A stretch of 64,000 bases of DNA, from contig CM052817.1 of NCBI GenBank assembly GCA_028534125.1, positions 18,416,001 through 18,480,000 of the forward strand. Reading direction: 5' to 3'. The stretch's first letter is position 1; each line of letters starts with the position of its first letter. A program made the translations under genes and the position numbers. Of the stretch, positions 12,650 to 25,450 are shown one piece after another. The notes beneath the pieces are model-generated. The model was not told the origin of the DNA. It did not search any database and worked only from the letters and a program-made list of their open reading frames with translations. Source of the DNA: Lama glama. Its lineage: Eukaryota.

Positions 12650-12885
12650 GGGACCAGACAGACTGTTTTTTATATGATGTGAGCATGCGTTCTTTAACCT
12701 TTCTGAGTCTTGGTTTCTGTCATGTACCAAGCGGGGATAATAGTACAAATAATGTAACAGGGGGATGACTTTTCACCATTCCTGATTCTAAGGGAGATAT
12801 ACTCCTGGCTTTGATAATATAGGCAAAATGCTTAGAATGTCTAGTACATATGTTAGATATTCAATAAGTGATTGTTATCATTATG
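12650..12885 (+). mobile_element. MIR SINE
   Basis: ttaacctttctgagtcttggtttc...ggggataatagtac core and tcaataagtgattgttatcatta tail. Confidence 0.65.
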
Positions 12886-12899
12886 GAAAGAAAGTCAGA

Positions 12900-13015
12900 C
12901 CCCTTGTTTACTATTAGGGAAATTGAAGGCTAGTTGATGTCTCTGGTTACTGTGTGAATTCATTGTGAGGACAGGGTTAAATGTCCTGGTTCTTGATTTC
13001 CAGTCTGATGTGGTT
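12900..13015 (-). mobile_element. MIR SINE fragment
   Basis: agggaaattgaaggc...tcttgatttccagtc. Confidence 0.5.
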
Positions 13016-15092
13016 TTCATAACCTTTATCTGAGGGTTTATACTGAAACAATCTGTGTAGGAGGCATCTTCACAGATTTTATGCTAAAATAAATAGAACA
13101 AATTTCTCCTTTTTCTCTCAAAATAAGCACTTTGCACAGGTCAACCCACTTACTCTCCATCCTTTCCATCTTATTTTTTCAGCCCACATGGGCCCACTCT
13201 TCATTCTTACTCCTCTTGAGACTGAGACTTGTCAGCAAGCATCTGCTGCTCTCAAATGCTCTAGTTTTCCTTCATTAGGGAAGAAGCCCAAGAAGCATAA
13301 TTAAAAGAAGCACAGGAACAAAACACAAAATGTAGCTCTTTGTTTTTCAGTTTTCTGCTTGCTTTGTTTTAACCTCATTAAATATACTAGTAAGGCTGAG
13401 AAATAGGCAACTAGGTTCCAGTTCCCTTGCCAGTTTGGATCAGTTGGCAGTGACCTTCTGGAGTGTTGTCTTCTGAAGGCTTCTGATGGTGTGTTTAGGT
13501 TTGACAGTGAAAAATTATAGTGGTCAGTTTAAAAATGACTCCTATGAATGAGTGAAACAGAGGGGATGTTTTCTATCCATTCTTAAGATTTCAGGTTAAT
13601 GGCAATGATAGAAAATCTTTTCGAACAGGAGTCATTGTTGACCCATCTTGATTCATCCCAACGTATATTCAGTGCTTTACATTTTGTTTCTCACACTTAC
13701 TTATTTATTCAGTAAATATTTGTTGAGTACCAACAGCATTTTAGAAACCTGGCTGTTCAAGCAGGAAAGTGGGTTCCACTGACAATACACAAGATGTACC
13801 ACATTCTGTAGCTTATCATCCACTAGTTCTATATCTTTCTCTTCCTTTCATTGCTGTTGTCTCTGTTCAGGCCCTCATTATCATGACAGGGACTGTTATC
13901 TCACAGTTTTCTAGGGAAAGGGGAAACCATGTCTTTCTACCAACTGCACGCTGTCCAAGGTCCTAAAACACACTTACAAGTTCTCCCAAGAGTGGGATGA
14001 CACAATGGTGAGAGAAAAGAGAGAGAGAAACAAGAGACAAAAGGTAGAATCAAATAGATAAGTACCATAACTGAGAGATTACTGGGAGAAAAAAAAACCC
14101 AATAGTTTTTTGAAGAGAGTTTTCAATGAAGCACAGATACCAAGAAAGACAAATTTTCTCTCTCTTAAAATTTGGCATGTGGGCACATGCCCTTTTTGTC
14201 TTTCTTTGGAAGCTGTAACAGCTTATGACTGCTACTATCTCTTAAATGAGGTCCTAGCCATCATCTTGCCTCATTCATTCCATCCATCCATCCCGTGTTT
14301 CTAGAGCAATTTTTCTAAAATATGCCTCTTCAGTTCCGTTACTCCTCTGCTTAAAATCCTTTGATGGCTCACATGACTTACAGTAGAAGTTCTTTGTAAG
14401 GACCTATTGGTGCATTGGGGTAATTTGTGAAGTGTGAACTGAATGTCTGCTACTAATTGAGTTAAAGTATCAAAGATCAAAGTAGTGATTTACTTTTTCT
14501 AATAGGAATTTTACAATTTTGAACTCCAATATTCTTTCCTGAATGCAACAGAAAGAGATGAGACTGTGTGTAATCTTTTTCTGTGTCATGGGGTCCATTA
14601 TGTGGTAACCTCCAGCAGTGATTGTGATGATGTTACACAAATTCTGGGATTGTCCATGGATATGTATCCAAAGATGGTTTATTTCATCATCAATTGTCAT
14701 AGATTTTACAGTAGAAGATTCTCTGTCTCATTGAATAAATTCCAAATTCCATAAAGACTATATAAGGATTTTCCTGATAATTTTATCTCTGTAGACAAAT
14801 CTTCAAGAGTACCACTCCCCCCATCTATTTATTCAATCTGCTTTCTCTTTCTGAAACATTTTCACCCCTCCCAATCAATTTGGTAAACTCCTCAAATATT
14901 TTAAGATCACAATTCATTTCAAGCCTTCCTTCATCTATGAAGTCTGCTTTGATACTCCCTCCCCACCTCCAGTAGAATTGAGTGCTTATACAATTGCACA
15001 AAAAGGGGAAGAATGAGGTCTTTTCTTTGTGCATCTTTCTCTTTTCATTTCTCCTTCATTCCATCAGGTCCCAGGAGGAAGTCTCTGTTGCA

Positions 15093-15467
15093 TGAGTCAG
15101 GGCAGTTCAGGGTCTGCTATGGAAAGAAGCAACTCCAGCATCTCAGGGACTGCAATGACAAAAGTTTACTTATTGCTCATGCTCCGTGTCTGTTGTGGAT
15201 TGGCTGGGGTCTCTTTCTATACCAGCATTCAGAGACTCAGGATGAGTAAGCAGCCACCATCTTAAAATAACTGGTTACTGTGCCAGAGAGAAAAGAGAGG
15301 ACTTCTTTAAGCTGTTAAATCCCAATGTTATTTGTATTCCTGATCTATTAATTATAGATTCCATGATTCCATCCAAACACAAAAAATGCTAGGAAGGACA
15401 AGACTACCTTGTGCATGTAGGGCAGAGAAACATAAATATTTGGCAAATAGCACTAATTATGACCATA
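15093..15467 (-). mobile_element. ERVL LTR, LTR33-like
   Basis: aaagtttacttattgctcatgct...cagccaccatct...aatatttggcaaatagcactaattatgaccata. Confidence 0.7.
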
Positions 15468-15946
15468 TATGTCCCAAATAAAACCAATCATGGTTATCCC
15501 GTCATGTTTTGAGGGGATATTTACATGATATTGAGAGAAGACCTCTGAAGGTGACTTCAAAACTTGAGTTACTTGTCTGAGAAGTGCTGGAATGGCAGCT
15601 TTATCTACCTGATCATGCTGTGTTGCTTCAAGCACAAAGTCCATTCTCCTTATAATGGCAATAGTAGCAACAGCTCTGAACCAGAAGAGATGCCTACCTT
15701 GGAGCTGGGTGACCAAACTGTGAAAAAGGGAAAGAGAGCAACAAATTTTCCCTAGGTATATTTACATGACGTATCTGGTTGCAACTAACATGTCCTTAGC
15801 AAGGAGGAGGGAGGAGAGGTGATTGGATAGATAACCAACAGTGACTCTCATACGTTATCCCTTCAACTCCTGCCGCTCACTTCTGGGGTTGCAAGGGTCT
15901 AGGAGCGCCACAGAGCATATCATATTTTCAGTTCCATGGAGAGCCA

Positions 15947-16300
15947 TGTCACCTTGAAACTAATAGACAGCCAGATATTTTTCCAGCAACAATTGGTTTA
16001 TTGGTGATTATCAGAGAATCGTAATTTGGGGTCTGCAACCATGGCTAGTCATGTGCAAGAACCACCCCCACCCCCCAACCAATGGCCAGGGAAAAGGACT
16101 GCTTTTATAGAGGGGAAAAGGAAATTGGGAGGGCACTAGTAAACAAGCAGTCTGTGGCTTTTCACTGGCTGTGTCCTTGCCAGGAAAGAAAAGGCATCTT
16201 CCTTTTTCCTGTTGGGCTTTGCTGTTGCAGGGTATGAGGGCTCACCCTTCTGGTCGCTGAACTCTATTTAATTAAGGTTTCTGTTTACTAAATTTTTACA
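15947..16300 (-). mobile_element. ERV1-type solo LTR (family not identified)
   Basis: TG...CA termini; the minus strand has ctataaaa TATA followed by an aataaa polyA signal; TSD poorly preserved (gcca/gctc). Confidence 0.75.
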
Positions 16301-16374
16301 GCTCTGATAAGTTTGGCATAGCTGACACTGCTTTGTGAACTGTTGCTTTGGGAACTTCTTATATAACATCTACC

Positions 16375-16530
16375 TATAGTCCAACAACCCGATGAGCTAG
16401 GCATCATTTTCCAGATGGGGATACAGAAGACCAGAGATGATAAATAGCTTACTTAAGGTCACAGAGCTAAAATGTGGTGGAACTAAATTTAATGCCAGCC
16501 TGCCTCGTGACTCTGGAACTCTTGCTCTTT
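16375..16530 (-). mobile_element. MIR SINE
   Basis: cattttccagatggggatacaga...cttacttaaggtcacagagcta. Confidence 0.75.
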
Positions 16531-19181
16531 TCTTCATTTCTGCAGATTCTTACATGAAACAACGGGAATTATGTCAACGTCTTTTAATGTTAAACTTATT
16601 TTTAATCTGTACCCGCTATTATAGGAGGGTTCTTTAAGTTTGTCTTCTGCTATGTAAACCACATTTTTTTGTTTGTTTTAAACATTTCTCTATCTATAGT
16701 TTTGAGAGAAGGCATCAAGGGTTTATCTTTTTACACAGTCCTGTTCTGACAACATGAGGGCATTTTGCAGTGACAGTGTGCTTTAATTCAGAAAAATGGA
16801 TGGCACAGTGCTTATCCTGCAGGAGGAGATTTATACTTATTTCCTCCTCTCTGTTAACAGGATTTATTCATATGCCCCGAACAACACACGCCAAAGGCTG
16901 CATTTTTTCCTCCCCACCCATCCTCCAAAAGAGCCATTAATATTTAATAAATAATCATTGTTATGACTTGAAATGTTTGCTATAACCAGATCAAACAAGG
17001 TAATCAGTTTTTATTTCTTAAAGCAATAAAAGGCAGTTAGCTTATTGTGTCTCTTTCAGAGAGTTTAGGTGAGGGTTTCAGGGTTTCAGCCACAATGATG
17101 TCACCGTGTTATGAATATTAGTGGAATAGACTGAAATTAACATTTGATGACTTCTTCATTGATACCCTGGCATTTTTTTCATAGACAGACCCTAATAAAG
17201 CAGTCAGTTAGAGCTATTAGACATATTTTAGGAGAATTTTTTTGATGCATATCTTCACTTAGATTATGAAATTTAAATCATTGCTGCTATCAGTGTGAAT
17301 ACTAATGATATAGCCTGCCAGATGGAAACCTTTCATAAATTTTCACTTTTCTCATGCAGTCAGTTGTAAATCTTAAGTAAATGACTTCTAGGGTGAACTA
17401 TGTTGATGTCAGCTTTAATGCCTTATGTCCACACTGATTTCAATGTCATAAGTACCTGGAAGGCAGGCAATTCTTAATTAAATGTCATTTTCTTTTTTCA
17501 TTATTGAACTAGAGCGGAGATCAGACTCTCCCAGCACTGTCTATGGCTTCCTGGAGAATCTCTCAGCTCTAGCTTTGTCACAAGTGGGTTTTTTGGAGCT
17601 ATTTTAAATGCTTTGGTGTCATGCAGTTTCTCCTCTCTTAACTAGAACTGTCTCCCTCAATGTGTCTTTCATATAGTAAAACACCCTTTCCTTAGCCCTT
17701 TGTTCTTCATTTTGACAAAACACATTCTGTAGATTCCTGCCACATTTTAACTATTTTTTTTCCTTCAGAAATTGATGTTTTAGTTCTCTTCAGGAGTGCT
17801 AATCTCCATTCAAGAACTGCACTGCATAAAACTTCCCTTTTCCCTATGGGGATATATCAGTATTCAGACCCAATCTTCCAAAGGACTTTTCTTACCAATT
17901 ACAAGGAGCCTCTCTTTAACTTGTGGTTACTTATCACTTATATTTCTTGTGGAATTTTTCCCCTTTATTTGCTTTCTCAAACAGAGCCAAACTTTGAGAG
18001 GTATTATCCTTTTTTTTCATTTAAACTAAACAAGAGACAAAACAAAATTAAATTAAATGAAAGATTGTTCAAACGATCTTATCTTTGGAAACCCAAAGGA
18101 AAAAGATGATAAAAAAAAACAAAAACTCAACAAAAATACTTCGGTCAGTCAATAAATATTCCCGGTAGAAATCTTAGAAATCCTATAGGTAAGACAACTT
18201 TGTACAGTTATTGAGTTATTTTCTCACCAGTTGTTTATTTATTGATTTGTTTTGCCATTAAACCTATGAATCTGGTGATAAATGTGCTTTCTTTGTTGTT
18301 CCAATGTAATGCATTGAGCTCTCCTTGAAGCTTCATTAAAATTATATCTAAAGCACTGATTATAAGAAAATGATTAATAATACAATAACATGGAGCCACT
18401 GCTCTGTGGAGCTGTTTGGGGTTGTGGGCTTTTCTATCAGCTTCATCATCTGTTTTGTTCTCTGCTTCCATCCATCCAGGGAAGCAAATGCCCGTCATCT
18501 TTTTTTTTTTTTTTTTCTACCAAGCGACCAGAACCATCCTTCTGTAGAAACAAAGGCACCAGCAAAACATTCTAAACCATTAAAATAATTTTCTGACATG
18601 GTTTCAATAATTAGTGTATTTCAGTTTCAACAACTGTAATTAAACCTGACCTTTAAGCTAATTATGTCTTGACATTTATGATTTTAACTGGCTTTCCCTG
18701 TGGGGATGGTGTGTGATATTCTGGTTCCAATGAATAGTTTGTAGTATTTACCTGTTGTCAGAGGGTCTCTGTTGTGGCTTGGAGGGGACCACCTCACTCA
18801 GCTTCCTGTCACTGGAGACATAATAGTGCCACTCTGTAAGAGTATTATCTGTCACAGTATCAGGCTGGGATTGAATTTTTGTAAGAATGTTTTGATATAA
18901 TTACAGGAACAGTAAAATCCTTGCTGGAAATTTTCAAAGAACAGGCCAAAAATTAGCTCAGAGTTTGAGTGCTGATGAAGCGGGCTTTCTTGGGGCAGGT
19001 GAGTGGGGTGAAGCTTCCTAACTGCCAAGAGAGAAAAGCTGTGTCGGAGAATCAGGGAGGGAGGAGAAACCAAGATGGCAGGCTGGGTCTTTCTGGCTCT
19101 CCTTAAGCTTGAGTAGTGGTGGAGTTTTACTGTGTTTTTATTGTCTCCTAGGCTACTTCCAACTCAGCTTCTTCCTTCTTG

Positions 19182-19290
19182 ATAATAATAACAGAGCTCA
19201 CATTTGCCAAGCACTTACTATGTGCCAGGTAGTGTGTACAGCGCTTTACATATATTTTCTTAATGTTTTAACAGCCCTATGAGGTAGGGG
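19182..19290 (-). mobile_element. MIR 3' fragment
   Basis: agcacttactatgtgccagg...acagccctatgaggtagg. Confidence 0.75.
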
Positions 19291-19867
19291 AAACTCTGGC
19301 ATCTAGCACTGTCCATCCATAGTCTTTTACTTTTCTTCAAGTGTTAAAAGCCAATACTTAGTGAAGTCTTTCTTCAGTTAAATGCCAATATTGGGTGAAA
19401 CCAGATAATATTTCAAAGTATTAATGTCTATGCTTCTTTTATCCCAACTTTCTTTTGATGATCACCCCCGCTTCCCCACCTCACCCTGTTAATCAGAGGT
19501 ATCCACATTGCTTTTAGGAACTGTAAGAAACAATCAAGTTTGCTTTTCTGAACTTGAAAGGAAAGTGGGTCCTAAGAAAGCAGGACCATAACCAGAAAAC
19601 TGGACAGAGGTTAGAGTAAGACCTAGAAAGTCAGGCTGCCCCTCTCCCCACCTCACTAAAGGCAGATGCATGCATGCAAGAGAACAGGGCGGCTGGGTGA
19701 CCTTAGTGGAGGGGAAGTGGGAGGAAGATGAGTTAATGGGGGAAGGTTCTGAAGACCAGGTGGAGAAGTGGTACAAAGTAAATAATAGGAAGAGCCAAGC
19801 AGAGCACCAGAGTGTGCCCGGGAAACCCAGCCATCACAGGCAGACCATTTACTGCCAATGGAGAGTG

Positions 19868-20212
19868 TGGTTGGCCTTCCATATCCATGGGTTCTGCGTC
19901 TGCAGATTCAATCAACCTTGGATCAAAGATATTCAGGAAAAAAAACCCAGAAAGTTCAAAAAAACAATAACTTGAATTCACTGTATGCTGGCAACTATTT
20001 ACATATCATTTACATTTTATTTACAATTATTTACATAACATTTACATTGTATTAGGTATTATAAATAATCTGGAGTTGATTTAAAATGTATGGGAGGATG
20101 TGAGTCGGGTATATGCAAATACTATGCCATTTGATATAAGGGACTTAAGCATCTGCAGATACATTTTGGTGTCCACAGGGTGTCTTAGAACCAATCCCTG
20201 GCAGATGCTGTG
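19868..20212. mobile_element. TcMar-Tigger non-autonomous DNA transposon, MER2/MER2B-like
   Basis: ccatatccatgggttctgcgtctgcagattcaatcaacc start and catttacattgtattaggtattataaataatct internal motif; about 345 bp. Confidence 0.85.
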
Positions 20213-21299
20213 TAATGTTCATTTTCAGATAGGCAGAGAAGCCATGTTGGTGGGGCTATTAATCTCATTGCCCTTCGTGAGATGTGGACTTTTCATAAAC
20301 AGTTCCCTGCAGGTAGCTCATGGATTGTCCAGAAGAAAGACACCTGTTATAAGGCCATCTAACTGCTCTGGGGGGACATTCACCTTTTACTGTGGCCCAG
20401 GGCATACATAAGGGTTCCAAAATCTAGCATAGAGGTCATTATGCCCAGAGAAGCAGAGATATTGTGGAAAAAAAGTCCAAGCTTCATGCTTGGATAGGAT
20501 AAAGATGGTGAGGGAACCCTCTCCTACTATATGAGTTGAGATTTAAATTCTCACTGAGTATTTATTTTTAACTGAATAATTTTGGCCAACAATAGCAACA
20601 AAAAGCAATTTTTCTTCAAGACGCAACCAACAGATCTCCCAAACTTACTTTGATTAGACTATGTGTTTCTTTCTCTTTGCATAAGATGAAGATGAATCTG
20701 CTTTCTGGGCAGCACCAAGAAAGCACCAGAGTAAAATGCATGATTCACCATCACATGGTGTGAAGGAACAGGTTAGACCCATTGTGTCCATGGAGCAGTG
20801 AGAGTGGACTCGGGGAGTAGGATCAATAAGCAAAAGGGGAGCAGGCAGATATGATGTGGTTGAAAAAATAGGATGTAAATTTTGCCAAAGCTACTCTCCA
20901 ATTTCAGAGTTGTTTTGTAGTTTTTCTTTAGCATCATGTTCTTGAAGATATGGAGCCTCTGTTTGGACTGTAATACACCAAGTGTACTCTAGGTTACTAA
21001 CCAAGTAACTTAGGTTACTAACTTGCTTGGTAATTAAGTTGCTAGAACATTGCATGAAGAGGTCTCACTTTGGGTAGATTTCACATAAGGTCATTTAGCT
21101 TCATTTTACTCATTTCATCTACATTGGAGGGAACTGATGGAGGGTTGGTGACTCTAAACTACTGGTAGTGAGAAAGGGGGAGGACAGTGATTAGAAGAAT
21201 ATTAAACAGTTTAAATCAATTGCTACTGGAATTTGAGATCAGCCTCGGGGATTGTCTTAGCCCAGGGGTTGCTGGTGATGTCAAGCATCATTTACTGTT

Positions 21300-21410
21300 T
21301 GCCTACCTCCCTAGAGTGAGAGCTATGAAGTCAAGGTCGATTGTTAGTTTTGTTTTGTTTTTTCATTTGCAATGCCTGAAGCTAGTTATAAATGCTTCTG
21401 GTTGAGTAAG
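21300..21410 (+). mobile_element. L2 3' fragment
   Basis: ccctagagtgagagctatgaagtcaagg resembles L2 ctagactgtgagctccttgagggcagg. Confidence 0.45.
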
Positions 21411-22555
21411 TCCAGCTTTGGGAAAATATTTGCCCTTTCATGAAATGGTCATCCACATGTGGCCTCTCACTCCACTGTTCTAAACACCATCTCTCTATTC
21501 CAGAACCTGAGAGGAGTCAGCTTTATGAGACTGGAGGCTGTAAAGACTTCTAGAACGTTGACTCCTTGGTGTTTGAGAATCTCCTGTTTCCACCAGCATG
21601 TGGACAAGACAGTGTCAGCCAGCTGATAACTTCCAGGTACACCTACAGTGAGGACCCTGGACCACCCTTGCTGTTGGCTTCCAAAGGAACTAGGTGGATG
21701 GACTGGTGGTTAATTTGTTCTCCTTCTGGGGCAGCCTCTATAGAAATGGGTCTGCTACGCAACAGCACCTCAAAGGAGACAAAGAGACAAATCCAATCAG
21801 CACAAATGTGTTTTTATGAGTCAGATGTCTGACCTGATCCCTGTAGCTCTGACCCCTGGTGGATTTATTATCTGGGTCTTATAGTCCCTTGGTGTCTGGA
21901 AGACTATCGTCTGTTAATGTGTGGTGGATAAGACAGCTAGCCAGATTGCCATTCCTGACATGTTAGTGGCCTGTAACTCTGCCAAGAAGGCTCAGAAAGC
22001 CATAAATCTGATGTGAATTTATAGTGGCAGACTGAGGGGTAGTCAATGACAAGATGTCTCCATTACTTAGTAACAGGGGATCACTAACATATCCAGACCC
22101 AGAGCGGATCTATCATGAGTTAAACAGCATCCAGTTTAAATTGCTCTTAACCCAGGCCAGCTCTAAATATTCACCATGTGTTTATTCACCTCTGTGGCTC
22201 CAAGTCTTTCCTGACCCACATCTTTACATTTCTGTGCTTGCAGTTCATTCTTTATCAGTGATGATCTTTCCCGAGCTGTTTGATTTGTCTGTGCAGTGGC
22301 ACATGCTATTTGGATAAACTGCTATTTATTTCCTCTCTGGCTTTTTGCACATGGAGCTTGGTGACACATTTCACAGGAGGTCACCTGTGATGAGGACAAA
22401 GGTCAGTGGAAAGCTGTTCACACAGAGAGGTTTGGCCTCGAGAAGGAGTCTGTCTGAACCTCACCGCTCGACCTGTCCATTGACTGTGTTTGTTAATTGG
22501 GTCTTCAGTGCAAAGCAAAAAAAACAAAGTTCAGCATTGCTAACTATTTGTTTAG

Positions 22556-22742
22556 CCACAACATGAAAATCAATCTACCGATGACCAGAAGGGCATAGCA
22601 AACAACATCCCTATGGAGTTGAATGTTTTTGGCCGTGACATTCAACAGATGTGGTCTGAGAGCGCCCACAACCCGTGTGCAGATGTGGTTCACATAATTA
22701 GTGCGATGGTTGCTTCTCGCATGAAGATTTTCTTTACGACAG
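22556..22742 (+). other. Candidate exon of an unidentified transcript
   Basis: tgctaac branch point, tttgtttag acceptor, CAG/GTAAGG donor, one fully open frame, 7 CpGs. Confidence 0.3.
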
Positions 22743-24277
22743 GTAAGGCTGGTGGGAGATGGATAGAAAGCAACTGAGTCTGAGGTTAGTAAAAATAAGT
22801 GACCTGCGAAGGTTGTTTGAATCCAATTGAAATGATGGTGTGCATTCTGATGTCATGCAATGTATTCTTTCCTTTAATCAGTGAGATGGAAAGAATTTTA
22901 CAGCTGGTGATGGAAAATAAACGATGCAAACACAATGCAAATGCAAAATAAACAATTTATTTCTCTGAATAAATTGCTCCATTAGACTCTGAGGATATAG
23001 CTTGTCTCGCTGGAGAGAAACAAGATCAGATGGACCTAGTGGATTTTGGGTCCCTAAGTTTCCCTCGTAGTTCTCCTGATGTTAGCATCTGAGAGAAATA
23101 AAACAATTAATCTCATCTGAAAATCGCATGGAAAGTAGGAATGTTTTTATCATACAAAAAATGAAAAAATTAAGCCTTTGACTTTTCTCAAGTTAGTACT
23201 GTCAGATCCCAAGGAAATTAAAAACGCTTATGTTTGAATTTAAAAATCTGATTAAAGAAGTATCTTGGAAATTAGCCCCCTAACACTGGACCTGCTCAGG
23301 TAAAATTTATTAGAAAGATCCTGAGTGGCAGGCATCTCTATTTTTTCCCCCCTATTTAAGGTTGAAAGCTCTTTCTCAGATGCTTGATGCTAAACTAAGT
23401 ACAAAACGGGAAAATATATTTTAATCAGGGTGAAGTATTTTCAAGATGTGTAACAGTAAATTATCTTGGATCTATCCAGGAAGACATTTTTCTTAATAAC
23501 AGCACCTCTTTCCCCTGCTGTAACTTTTGAAATTTTTCCCCTGTCAATCCCATTTCACCTGCTTTCTTTTTAACAAAGGAAGGAAAGAAGAGAGAAAGTA
23601 AAGAAGGAATAAATCAACTGTAATGTGGCAGATGACTTTCTTTCTGCTTGTAATTGTGTAAAGTAACAATATGATGCAGTAAAACTTGGCAGATTTTATT
23701 TGGTTTATTAGCTCTGACTGCATCTCAAGCCATCTCACCGCTCCAATTTTAGACAACACATGACATCATAATTGCTTCTGGCACTTTACAGTAATAGATA
23801 TTGGTGACAGTTGTATGAGTGTCCCTCCTTCACTTTATGGGTACTTTTTTGGAAAATAGCAACCTCTTATTTGCAGAGCATGCACATTTTGACTAAAGTA
23901 GATTTCCACTATGTTGCCTGCAAAGAAAGCCTACCTCATTTATGTATGAAGGTAGCTTTCTCCAATCCACCAAATAAATTCTCAGAGTTTCCCATCACAC
24001 CTACCAGCTTATTTAGTGCAGTACACCTGTCCAGGGTCCTGAACAACTAGCAACAAACAGCCGAGATGAGGGCAGCAATTAATCTATCCTCAGAAAAATC
24101 CAGATTCCTAAAGTGACAGCTTGGACCACTTTGTAGTAGTACTGAAGTAGTATTTAGATTCTCAAAATATATGGAGAGATTTACTTTCCCTCTGAATGGG
24201 TGATCTCTGTTATGTCCTGGAGATCCAGCTAAGGAAGCAGTGGCAAGGAGATGGCTAAATGAAGTCACCAAAGCAAT

Positions 24278-25038
24278 ATATATATATAAAATATAGTCAG
24301 TTTGCAATGTTGCATCAATTTCTGGTGCACAGCATAATGCTTCAGTCATACATGAACATATATATATTTGTTTTCATATTCTTTTCCACCATATGTTACA
24401 AGATATCGAATAAAGTTTTCTGCACTATACATCATAGACTTGTTGTTTATCTATTCTATTATATATATATATATCAGCTAGTATCTGCAAATCTCTAACT
24501 CATAATTTATCCCCTCCCTTATCCCTCCCCATCTGGTAACCACAAGTTTTTTCTGTATGTCTGAAAATCTGTTTCTGTTTTGCAAATAAGTTTGTCTGTC
24601 TTTTTTTTAGATTCCACCTATAAGTGATATAATTTGGTATTTTTATTTCTCTCTCTAACTTATTTCACTTAGAATGACAATTTCCAGGTCCATCCATATT
24701 GCTGCAAATGGCATTATTTTATTATTTTTATGGCTGCATAATATTCCATTGTATAAATATACCACAACTTCTTTATCCAATCATCTGTTGATGGACATTT
24801 ACATTGGTTCCATGTCTTGACTACTGTAAATAGTGCTACTATGAACATTGGGGTGCATGTATTTTTTGAATTAAGGTTTCCTTTGGATATCTGCTTAGGA
24901 GTGGGATTGCTGGATTATGTGGTAAGCCTATTTTTAGTCTTTTAAGGAATCTCCATACTGTTTTCCATAATGGCTGCACAAAACTGCATTCCTACCAACA
25001 GTGTAGGAGGGTTCATTTTTCCCTACACCCTCTCCCAT
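24278..25038 (-). mobile_element. 5'-truncated L1 (3' UTR plus end of ORF2), lineage-specific
   Basis: Antisense L1 3' motifs (ttagattccac, gctgcaaatggcattattt, ccaacagtgtaggaggg); possible TSD caaagcaat/caatgcaat (24269-24277, 25039-25047). Confidence 0.92.
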
Positions 25039-25299
25039 CAATGCAATTTGAGTTTACAATTGATTCACCAAGCACTGGATGATAAGGATATCTTCATAAG
25101 TATATGAAGCTGAAGCAGGCTTTGAGTGCCACACAGTATATTAGCGTTGTTAAATTGTGTTGCATTCCAAACAGTGCCTGGCTGGAATATTTATTATGTT
25201 CCTTAACTTTGCTGACTAAACAGAATAGATTTATCCACAAAGGGAAGGAGCTCTCCTTTTAAGAGCCAATGTGTCCAGAAAGGCTTCATAAAGACGTTC

Positions 25300-25450
25300 A
25301 TTGTTAGAGCTGGCAGGGTTGGTGAAGATCATTTAAACCCCTCCTTAACAAGTTGGGGGAAAGAACCAGAGATGGTGAGTGACTTGTCCCAGGTCACATA
25401 GCTATTATGTAGTGGTGCTGAGACGGGTTTTCTCGTCTTCTGATTTCCAG
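25300..25450 (-). mobile_element. MIR/MIR3 fragment
   Basis: gtgacttgtcccaggtcacatagcta core. Confidence 0.7.
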
